Shown here piece by piece: positions 9,462 to 18,665 of a stretch of 20,992 nt of DNA. The notes below the pieces were generated by a model. That model was not told where the DNA came from. It ran no database searches and saw nothing but the letters and a program-made list of their open reading frames with translations. The position numbers and the translations under genes were made by a program. Numbering within the stretch: position 1 is the first letter of the stretch; each line of letters begins with the position of its first letter. The stretch comes from Octopus sinensis (lineage: Eukaryota). The stretch lies in the NCBI RefSeq assembly GCF_006345805.1, contig NW_021824321.1, positions 1-20,992 of the forward strand, given 5' to 3'.

Positions 9462-9690
9462 TTTCTTCTCTCTCTCTCCTCTCTCTCTCTTCTCTCTCTC
9501 TCTCTCTCTCTCTTGTCTATCTCTATATCTTTCTCTCTCTTGATGTTTCTCCTTCTCGTTTTACTTTCTCTCTCTCTCCTTCTATCTCTTTTTCTCTCCA
9601 CTTTCTCTCTCTCCCTCCCTATCTGTCTGTCTGTCTGTCTCTCTGTCATTCTTTCTTCCTCTCTCTTTCTCTCTCCACCTTCGCTCTCTC

Positions 9691-9907
9691 ATAATGATTT
9701 CAAATTGTGACACATAGCCAACAATTTCGGGGCAGGAAGTAAGTCGATTACATCGACCCCAGTGTTCAACTGGTACTTATTTCCTCGACTCTGAACGGAT
9801 AAAAAGCAAATTCGACCTCGGGGAAAATTGAACTCAAAATGCAAAGACGGACGTGATGCCGCTAAGCATTTTGTCCGGTATGCAAACGATTCTGCCACCA
9901 CACCACC
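9691..9907 (-). mobile_element. Diverged SINE family A copy (in duplication unit 2)
   Basis: Same as 9245-9461 except for one visible substitution near the head. Confidence 0.8.
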
Positions 9908-9911
9908 TTTC

Positions 9912-9954
<43 letters not shown>

Positions 9955-10498
9955 CCTCTCTCTCTCTCCATCTATCTCTCTCTCTCCCTCTCTCACATGA
10001 GGTTAAGGAAATTCAAGACAGCGACGAAATAAGGCCAACTAAATGAACTCTAGCTAATTAATCATGTTTTAATGTCACATAGATCGATATGTGTATTTGT
10101 ACACACACCTGATGGAATGTGTGTGTGTGTGTGTGTGTGCGCGCGCTCGTGTTTGCGTGTGTGAGTTACGTGTTTTGATGTACGTGACATCTAAGACAGG
10201 CACACACACACACACGCGCACGCACGCACGCACGCACGCACGCATATTCAAATACGTGTTTAATACGTAAAATTGATATATCCATTTGTGTTACACCGCT
10301 AAATTTGGTGGTTATTGAAGCAATGTGTTCTTGAATGGCTAATGGGTTGGGCGTCGTACTGAAGAAAGAGCAAGAACTCCTGAAATATGTATATACACCA
10401 CATTACATATTTCTCTATCTTCGATTGCATCGTTTACATAGTGCTGGCTCCAATTTCTATAAAAAAATTTGTAGCGATACCTTAAAAGGTGATATATG

Positions 10499-10499
<1 letters not shown>

Positions 10500-10578
<79 letters not shown>
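10500..10578. repeat. (TA)n microsatellite
   Basis: Read directly. Confidence 0.97.
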
Positions 10579-10579
<1 letters not shown>

Positions 10580-10685
10580 TTTATTTAATTGTTGAATTTC
10601 TGCTTTTAAATAAAGCATATTACTCTACCCCTGGTATTTGAGTACTCTTTTTTTCCACCTTGTTTCACATTTATGTGTTTACTCC

Positions 10686-10719
<34 letters not shown>

Positions 10720-10750
10720 CAAAATAAGCAACAAGTATATCCGAGGTAAT

Positions 10751-10836
10751 GTGGTACAATCGTTTCATGCTACTTCATTTTATTAAACACTGTAAGTATT
10801 ACATCAGTTTTTAAATGTCGAGCAATCTTCAGCCAC
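10751..10836 (-). ncRNA. Type I hammerhead ribozyme candidate with an intact catalytic core
   Basis: Minus strand reads GTGG-CTGAAGA-T-TGCT-(49 nt)-AGCA-T-GAAAC-GATT-GTA-CCAC. Stem I is GTGG/CCAC, stem II is TGCT/AGCA, and the cleavage triplet is GUA. Confidence 0.65.
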
Positions 10837-11420
10837 TTATAGAAATTTTCCAATCAAACGGACAATGCACATTCTTATCTCTATTTCGTTTGCCAACATT
10901 ATAAAGAAGGTAGATATACAGACAGAGAGGTTGATTTCATTCTTAAGAACATGAGAGTATTAAATTTACTCTCTGACTAGATTTTTTCACTTTGTTATTT
11001 AGATCTGTCAATGGGGTGTGGGGTTTTATTTTTGGTTGGATGGAGACAAAGAATTTTTCTATATATAGATATAGGAAGGGGTAGAAACAAATGTCAAAAC
11101 CAATAAACCTATTCTTATTCTGAGGAACCCAGCCCAGATACATTTGAATGCACTGTATCAAAAAGATGGTGTCTTGAAGTTAGAGGGGTGGGGGAAGATA
11201 GACTGTTAGTGCTCTAGAGGTTTTAATGTCTCTTACCATTTGACATCTAGATTCTTTGTTATGAAATTTAAGTAAATATTCTTTAGACAATTTTCTAAAT
11301 GATTTTAATAAACATTTGTATCTTATATAGGGATAGAAATTATAGAAATTATTTCATATTTATATAAATATATATATATATATATTATATATATATATAT
11401 TATATATATATATATATATA

Positions 11421-11872
11421 CATTTCCAATAATATATAATCATAATTAGCTAGTAAGTGGTGATTATTTTAATGAGTTGAATTAAAAGAAAATGTTAGAC
11501 ATATTTACTAACCGAAGAAAAAACATTATTAATTTAGTACATATATTAGGAGTCAATAAGATATATTAAAATATAATGGAAGGGAAGTAATCATGATGAA
11601 CCAAGTAATTTCTCTAGATATATAGAAATTATTTGCGATTATTTCATATTTATATACCCCCATTTCTACTAATATAGAATCATAATTAGCTAGTAAATGG
11701 TGATTTGTTTTATTAATGAGTCGAATTAAAAGAATATGTTAGACATAATATTTACTACCCGTGGAGAAAAACTTTATCAATTAAGTAAATATATCAGGAG
11801 TCAATAATATATATTAAAAAGAAATGCAAGGGAGGTAATCAAGATGAACCAAGTAATTTCCCTAGATATATA
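11421..11872. repeat. Diverged ~240-248 bp tandem duplication
   Basis: CATTTC...ATCATAATTAGCTAGTAA...GATGAACCAAGTAATTTC..TAGATATATA occurs at 11421-11624 and 11661-11872. Confidence 0.85.
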
Positions 11873-12056
11873 TAATTTTTTCTTTCCAATATAGGAGAGA
11901 ATCAAAAAAAATTCTAATTTCATATATTCAGATTTATATATATAATGAAATTTCTTAGTAATCTATGCAGGTTGAATAAAAGCTAGTATGGTAAATTAAT
12001 TTTTATTTGGTTACAAAATATTAGAATTTGAAAATTTAGGAATGGTCAGAATGTTA

Positions 12057-12530
12057 TTATTTAAAATACTTAAACGTACGGGTAGCACAATGTATACAAG
12101 ATACCTCCAGTTCGGAACGGTTATTCAATAAATTTGTATTATTCCTATGTTTTAAAATTTCACATGTCTCCATAGAACAAAGTTCACATCCATCTCTACT
12201 ATTTTTATAAGGCTGTGCCTTTCTTATTATATCCCATTTTAGGTTAAATTCGATATTTTTTTCTTTCAGTTCCCAAATTTTACTGGACAGCGTTGTGCAA
12301 CCCGCCTTATGTAAAAGTCTAAAAGAGGAAAAATGATTATTCAAACGTTTTTCAGATCTATCGAACATCCGAAATAAAGATAGCTATTATTTAAAGTCAT
12401 TATTGTACATTTATAAATTACATTTTGAACCAGACAGCGACCAGATACCGGACATTCCGATCTAATTCTACAATTACAGCTGGGGGGATAATTCCTTGTA
12501 TTAGTATTATTTAGGAAACAATCTATCTTC
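12057..12530 (-). pseudogene. Penelope GIY-YIG endonuclease with Cys-rich linker, one frameshift
   Basis: Joining ORFs 12341..12559 and 12057..12368 gives CNCRIRSECPVSGRCLVQNVIYKCTI...YLYFGCSIDLK/KRLNNHFSSF...TTLSSKIWELK...KWDII...CELC..E..EIL...LLNNRSEL...CIH. The frameshift is one missing A in an A5 run near 12349-12353. Confidence 0.9.
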
Positions 12531-12574
12531 ATTTTCATTATTAGAATTATTATTAGCATTAGTGTTATTTCCCT

Positions 12575-12625
12575 TATCTATAGTTATATTGTTATATAAG
12601 TTATATAACAATATAACTATAGATA
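12575..12625. repeat. Perfect 51-bp palindrome (25-bp arms, 1-nt centre)
   Basis: TATCTATAGTTATATTGTTATATAA-G-TTATATAACAATATAACTATAGATA. Confidence 0.93.
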
Positions 12626-13098
12626 ATATAACTATAAATAACCGCTAAGTTATTTTATCAATCTCGTTTGGCGAACGACTAAGTTATTTTATCGATCATG
12701 TTTGGCGGACCGCTTAGTTATTTTACCGATCTCCTTTGGCGAACCGCTAAGTTATTTTATCAATCTCGATTGGCGAACCGCTATGTTATTTTGAGATTGG
12801 ACACCTTTTGCCCGATTTCAATCTAATTTTCAACACGGTAAAGTGGAAGCGGATTCGTAATTTAAGCACGGAAATCTAATTTTTTATAATTGGGAGAGAG
12901 ATAGATAGAGAAAGATAGAGAGTAAGAGAAAGCGAGGGAGAGTCCGAGAGAAAGGAAGAGTAAGAGAGTGGGAAAGTGAGAGAGAAAGAAGGAGAGAGAA
13001 TCAAAGAGGGAGAATGTGGCGATAAGAAACAGAAAGGAAGCAACAGGAAGTTACAGCCACACCCTCACCCGCGCGTAGAGCAGGTCACTTTAAGCTAG
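12577..13098 (+). mobile_element. Probable non-autonomous Helitron-like element
   Basis: The 3' end is CCCGCGCGTAGAGCAGG (imperfect GC hairpin), then TCACTTTAAG, then CTAG|T in a TA context. The candidate 5' A|TC at 12577 is less certain. Confidence 0.5.
12641..12792. repeat. 34-bp minisatellite, ~4.5 copies
   Basis: Units start at 12641, 12675, 12709, 12743 and 12777 (ACCGCTAAGTTATTTTATCAATCTCGTTTGGCGA-like). Confidence 0.93.
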
Positions 13099-13106
13099 TA
13101 TATATA

Positions 13107-13484
13107 TACTCTTTTACTTGTTTCAGTCATTTGACTGCGGCCATGCTGAAGCACCACCTTTAGTCGAGCAAATCGACCCCGGGAATTATTCTTTGTAAGC
13201 CCAGTACTTATTCTATCGGTCTCCTTTGCCAAACCGCTAAGTGAAGGGGACGCAAACACACCAGCATCGGTTGTCAAGCAATGCTAGGGGGACAAACACA
13301 GACACACACATACATATACACGACAGGCTTCTTTCAGTTTCCGTCTACCAAATCCACTCACAAGGCATTGGTCGGCCTGGGGCTATAGCAGAAGACACTT
13401 GCCCAAGATGCCACGCAGTGGGACTGAACCCGGAACCATGTGGTTGGTTGGCAAGCTACTTACCACACAGCCACTCCTGCGCCT
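13107..13484 (-). mobile_element. tRNA-derived SINE family B, full-length (~380 bp)
   Basis: Head AGGCGCAGGAGTGGCTGTGTGG, B box GGTTCAGTCCC, internal CA/TA microsatellite, and tail GAAACAAGTAAAAGAGTA. Confidence 0.92.
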
Positions 13485-13588
13485 ATATATATATATATAT
13501 ATATAATATATATATATAGCCAGGTGGTGCTATTAAGTTAGACATGGCCTGGGCCAATACTGGCCAAAACTTTCTAAGTTATTCTAAG

Positions 13589-13624
<36 letters not shown>

Positions 13625-13670
13625 ATATATATATATATACAGGAAACTTGTATGTATGCATATATGTATG

Positions 13671-15153
13671 TCATTGTTTGGTTTTAATTCAAGATTTCTT
13701 ACCAATAGATAAAGAACTGGTTTCTAATATATGCAGCCAGTATATTTATTCTACATTAATATCGTCGTCATCAGTACATAAAAGCCATTGTGATTTTATG
13801 AATCTACGTGGCTGAACGTATGTCCACATTGCATTTTATTTTCCGTATAATTGACAACATTTGTATGTATGTATATATGTTTTTATGTTGTATGCTTTTG
13901 TATGTTTGATGTATGTATACTCATGCATAGAGTTGCATGTCTAGACATGCTCATATATATTTAAATGATAAACTTCTGGAAAGTTTTACAGATTTTTACA
14001 GTTCCAGTGATGGATTATATCTGTAGTCTTTGAATCAGCTTTCTCCTTTCTGGTTTTGAGAAGCCTAATTTCTCAAGATTGGTATTTTGGCAGTGTGTTA
14101 CATATCCCAGGGCCCCAATAATTACAGGTATAAACCTGAACTTGTAATCTGAATAGAGTAACTGCAGATTTCTCAATAGTTCAGCATAGGTATTCTCTGA
14201 TCTTCAGCTTTATGCTAACACCCGCAGGGCAGCTAATTTCCACAACTGTGCACAGTTTCTCTTCTCTATCCCAAATTATATCAGTCTGTTGTGCTTACAT
14301 TTTATTGAGGTCTTCGCTGGAACATCCCACCAGTATTCCTTTCTATTATGAGTGGCTATGGCTTCTACCATATTGTGGGTTCTTATTTCTTTGTCCAGGG
14401 GATTATCCTTCCGATGGATTTCACTATAGAGAGTCCTAGCTACAATGTCATATCCCATCGGTAGATAATACTGTGATGACATTTTCGGACAACTGCTTAT
14501 GGTGTGGGTGATTATGAACTCCACAAAGTCCGCATCGGTTGTCACACTTTGCGGCTTTACCTGCATCTGTATCCCTTTTGTGCATCAAGTATTTGGTTGA
14601 TATTTCCTGTTTCTGGATTGCAAACGCATACCTTTCAAAGTGGGAGGTAGTAACCCGGCTATTCGTCCATGATAAACTGCTTTGATGATCGATGTTACTA
14701 TCATCACGGAGCTTTCTACTAACATATCCATACATGGTCTTCTGCTCATATAGGCTCATCCTTTCATCTGATGATACGTTGCGGTAGAGTCGTGCGACTT
14801 CTTTGGGCATGAATTCTAGGTTATCAGACAAAGAGTGTTGCTCAAGGAGCTGCCTTCCAAGTCTTATGATGTTATCAGCCTCATGTATACAAATTTGGTC
14901 AAGGGATGCGCTTAGACACTTGGTTGTTAAAAGGTGTTGTCGAAAGGTTATAGTGCGACATTCAAAGGCATTTTGGATCGATGTTAAGCCTCTTCCGCCT
15001 TGTTTTCGTTTTAGGTATGGGCGGTCTACATCACTGTTTATGTGGAAATTATGTGTGCTTGTTAGTATTTTTCGTGTTCTCACATCAATGGCTCGGATTT
15101 CATCAAGCGTCCAATCAAGCAGCCCAAATGTTGGTATGAGTACTGGCACAGCA
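13671..15153 (-). mobile_element. 5'-truncated R4/Dong-like non-LTR retrotransposon (restriction-like endonuclease type), decayed
   Basis: The coding remnant spans about 13961-15153: AVPVLIPTFG..W, RPYLKRKQGGRGL, CCHC knuckle CGLC...ITHTISSC, KHNR(P)DI.IWD...VVEISCP, IPVIIGALG. It has several frameshifts, one premature stop and a ~290-bp 3' UTR. Confidence 0.85.
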
Positions 15154-15230
15154 TGCATGTATGTATGTATGTATGTATGTATGTATGTATGTATGTATGT
15201 ATGTATGTATGTATGTATGTATGTATGTAT

Positions 15231-15600
15231 GCTGACGTGCAGTGTCTGTGCAAGACCTTGCCCCAGTAAAGCTGGACTCAAGAGTCATTCTTCGTAGTCC
15301 TACAGCGAGACAGATGAGTGACAACCTGGTCACTGGTGGTGGTGTAACACACCATACTAATCATATCTGTCGGGCATGTGAAGGAGAGTGTAATTCGGCA
15401 AGAGGACTTAAACGACATGCAAAGGTACATGAAGCCCAGTTACAACTACAGCCGGCTATTACCGGTAAAGGTTTTAGTTGCCAATTCTGTACAAGACATT
15501 GTAGATCTTTAGCTGTGCTAAAGAGTCACATTCGATCACAGCACCAATAACAGTCAAGCTTCGTGCAATGGCGATACTCGATAACGAGGGGGCAGCCATG
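15231..15600 (+). mobile_element. 3' end of an RTE-like LINE encoding three tandem C2H2-type fingers, with (TATG)n tail
   Basis: The fingers read CSVCARPCPSKAGLKSH/LRS(P), CRACEGECNSARGLKRHAKVH and CQFCTRHCRSLAVLKSHIRSQH*, followed by a short 3' UTR (GATACTCGATAACGAGGGGGCAGCCAT) and a simple-repeat tail. The clade assignment is inferred from the CxxCxRxCxSxxGLxSH pattern. Confidence 0.65.
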
Positions 15601-15878
15601 TATGTATGTATGTATGTATGTATGTATGTATGTATGTATGTATGTATGTATGTATGTATGTATGTATGTATGTATGTATGTGTGTATGTATGTATGTATG
15701 TATGTATGTATGTATGTATGTATGTGTGTATGTATGTATGTATGTATGTATGCATGCATGTATGTATGTATGTATGTATGTATGCATGCATGTATGTATG
15801 TATGTATGTATGTATGTATGTATGTATGTATGTATGTATGTATGTATGTATGTATGTGTGTATGTATGTATGTATGTA

Positions 15879-15994
15879 TGTACAAGACATTGTAGATCTT
15901 TAGCTGGGCTAAAAAGTCGCATTCGATCACAGCGCCAATAACAGTTAAGCTTCGTGCAATGGCCATACTCGATAACGAGGGGGCAGCCATCATG
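15879..15994 (+). mobile_element. Second, shorter 3' fragment of the same RTE-like LINE
   Basis: Matches 15488-15600 with about six substitutions and a CAT indel. Confidence 0.75.
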
Positions 15995-16174
15995 TAATGT
16001 ATGTATGTATGAAGAAGTGTATATCTAGAACGAACCCAACACGTTGGCTTTCGGGCAGGGCGGGATTATCCACCTTAAATTGGTAAGGGGGATAACTCAG
16101 CTCGCACAATTTCTTTTTTTTTTTTTCAAAAATAACTGTGACGTTTTTATCGCTCCAGTTCTAGAAAGATTATA

Positions 16175-16191
16175 TAATGATAATAATAATA

Positions 16192-16245
<54 letters not shown>

Positions 16246-16260
16246 TAATAATAATAATAA
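16175..16260. repeat. (AAT)n microsatellite, probable tail of the adjacent CR1-like element
   Basis: Directly abuts the 3' end of the element at 16261. Confidence 0.93.
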
Positions 16261-16590
16261 AACATTGTGTACAGTGCCCAGGTGCACTACAACTCATCTA
16301 AAGTGTATGTACAGTACATAGGGTAATGTACAAGCGTCAGGAAAAGAACAGTGCATGAGTCATGACATACACATATGTGTATGAGTATGGAAGGGGGACA
16401 ACCAGGTGTAGTTTCGGCGGATTTCGGAAAGCATGAGGGCCTTAAAGGATGCAGTGTCATGGCAGTCAACAATTGACGCCGGCAGTTTGTTCCATGCTTC
16501 AGCCACTCTGAGCGTGAAAAAATGTTTCCGAAAGTCATGGGAGCTGTGCTGTTTTCTGACTTTGTAGACATGTCCACGGGTATTGAACGC
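16261..16590 (-). mobile_element. CR1-clade LINE 3' fragment
   Basis: Manual minus-strand translation NTRGHVYKVRKQHSSHDFRKHFFTLRVAEAWNKLPASIVDCHDTASFK matches the CR1 ORF2 C-terminal TRGH...RK.FF..RV...WN.LP...FK motif. It may extend to about 16780. Confidence 0.85.
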
Positions 16591-16977
16591 ATATACCTCC
16601 GTCTAACAAATCGCCTATCCTTGTGTCTAACAGGTCACCTCTATAGCTAAGCTCTATATAGGTTTGAAACCAATGGTCACTCTCTGACCGGCCATAACAA
16701 ACAATCTTCTGAACATATTCCTGCTCTAATTTTCGCTTCCTTTTCGGATATATGAAGTACTGACCTATAGTTAGACTTATAAATGTGTATGTGTATGTAT
16801 GTGTGCGCGTGTGTATGTGTATGTGTGTGTCTATATGTGTGTGTGTATGTATGCGTGTGTGTGTTTGTTTACATATATATGTGTGTGTGTGTGTGTATGT
16901 GGTATGTATGTATTTTTGTACACATGAATTGTACACATGCATCTACATATATATTCATATATATGTGTGTGCTCTAA

Positions 16978-16998
16978 TAGATAGATAGATAGACAGAC

Positions 16999-17033
<35 letters not shown>

Positions 17034-17038
17034 CAGGC

Positions 17039-17135
<97 letters not shown>
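16978..17135. repeat. (GATA)n microsatellite
   Basis: Read directly. Confidence 0.97.
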
Positions 17136-17136
<1 letters not shown>

Positions 17137-18137
17137 CTTTCTTTATTGGCCACACAGAGCTAGACACAGAGGGGACATTACAATGTACAGTTTTTCTTTT
17201 CGAGGGGGGGAAGGGGGGACAACGATCAGAGGGGATCGAAATCGTTGGGGATATATGCAAAAAAAGTCAAAATAGTACAAAAAGTTCCCAAGAAATAGGG
17301 AGGTTTATCTGTGGAAAGAAAAACCTACGAAAAGACCACAGTAACCTCGAGCAATTACGTCACATATTAACATGTATATACAAATAAGTAACTCTCTATT
17401 AAATTTTTACGGTTCACAGGATCATGTTCAAGGTGGCTTCGTCATTCATACGCACCATCCTTGCTACATTCACCCATCTTTTTTTGAAACAGTCGCTAAA
17501 CAAAACTTCCCTCTCTACTCTCACCTTCCTTTTCAAGTGATACTTGAAGAAGTTGATGAGAGATTGACCAGAGAGGAAAGTGTTTGTCTCCAATCCTTTC
17601 AGACGCGTCCACCAGATACATTCTTTCGCCATAGCCACAAGTATGATAAAACTAGCTCTTCTTTCCCGTTTGAAGGAAGGAGACGTGACTATATTGACGA
17701 TAGACTCAGCTGATAAACCGACTCGTCCCACACGTGACAGCAGTCGTTCGACATAAGCCCACAGGTCAGAAATTGTTGGACACTGCACGAGTGCGTGCAG
17801 AACGGTTTCGACGTTCTGCCCGCATCTCGGGCAGGTCGGCCCCGTATTTCTCGAGCCGTGTCTGTAGAGCTCATCCCGAACGGGCAGCACTTCGCGGTAG
17901 CACTGCAAGGCCAGGGATTTTTGGAAGTTGTCCATAGGTCCCGGTCTGAAAGTCGCCTTGAACAAAAGGGTCAGGTATTCCTCGTCGACGCCCAGGTTCG
18001 CCCCGAGCTCGTCGTCGTACCTCCCCTCCGCTAATCCCCTATAGAATGCTTTGGTTGTGTTGAAATCGCTCAAAGTCGATCAGGGACGGCATAGTTGCTT
18101 GAGAGCAACGCGACACTCGCGGTGCCATTCGCCCTTC

Positions 18138-18138
<1 letters not shown>
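17136..18138 (-). mobile_element. 5'-truncated L1/Tx1-clade LINE inside a (GATA)n tract
   Basis: The ORF2 C-terminus contains the CCHC finger CPRCGQNVETVLHALVQCP (ORF 17414..18073). The frame continues upstream through one TGA at 18080-18082. A minus-strand AATAAA (17142-17147) lies six bases from the (TATC)n. Confidence 0.88.
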
Positions 18139-18194
<56 letters not shown>

Positions 18195-18259
18195 CAGAGA
18201 GAGAGACAGACAGAGAGAGACAGAGAGAGACAGAGACAGAGAGAGAGACAGACAGACAG

Positions 18260-18293
<34 letters not shown>

Positions 18294-18299
18294 AGATAG

Positions 18300-18350
<51 letters not shown>

Positions 18351-18421
18351 GAGACAGAGAGATATAGAGAGACAGAGAGAGAGACAGAGAGATATAGAGA
18401 GACAGAGAGAGAAAGAGAGAC

Positions 18422-18458
<37 letters not shown>

Positions 18459-18473
18459 ACGGACGGACGGACG

Positions 18474-18505
<32 letters not shown>

Positions 18506-18540
18506 GACAGACGGACAGACAAACAGATAGATAGACAGAC

Positions 18541-18582
<42 letters not shown>
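18139..18582. repeat. Complex (GATA)/(GA)/(GACA) microsatellite
   Basis: Read directly. Confidence 0.95.
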
Positions 18583-18583
<1 letters not shown>

Positions 18584-18665
18584 GCTTCCACCCAGCTTCA
18601 GTCTCCCAAATTTAATTGATACAGTTTTGGTGAGGCACTTGTCCAGGTTTCCGCACACGATCAAG
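18583..18665 (-). mobile_element. Highly degenerate SINE family B fragment
   Basis: GCTTCCACCCAGCTTCAGTCTCCCAAATT...GGCACTTGTCCAGG loosely parallels 13326-13410. Confidence 0.35.

Larger units (their letters stand above)
9030..9921. repeat. Direct tandem duplication, unit 446 bp
   Basis: Identical ORFs are offset by 446 (9067..9264 vs 9513..9710; 9243..9455 vs 9689..9901). The breakpoints are in (TC)n. Confidence 0.95.
10718..12575 (-). mobile_element. 5'-truncated Penelope-like retroelement: endonuclease, long AT-rich 3' region and terminal hammerhead
   Basis: GIY-YIG remnant at 12057-12530 and a well-formed hammerhead on the same strand at 10751-10836. That both belong to one element is inferred. 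Confidence 0.7.
15154..16011. repeat. (TATG)n microsatellite array interrupted by LINE fragments
   Basis: Tracts at about 15154-15231, 15598-15880 and 15992-16011. Confidence 0.95.

Noticed and set aside
10578-10687. Short complex island between (TA)n tracts, possibly a truncated Penelope terminus
   Set aside because: It has no ribozyme core or coding remnant, and the resemblance rests on memory only.
12564-12576. 13-bp match GTTATTTCCCTTA shared with 6786-6798
   Set aside because: It is short and AT-rich, and the two copies lie in non-equivalent positions of different elements, so it is probably chance.
12641-12792. CRISPR-like 34-bp repeats
   Set aside because: The units are contiguous with no unique spacers, the context is eukaryotic, and the unit derives from a SINE.
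15242-15550. Host C2H2 zinc-finger gene
   Set aside because: There are no TGEKP linkers or splice context. It has a frameshift, a simple-repeat tail and a second truncated copy nearby, all of which favour a LINE 3' end.
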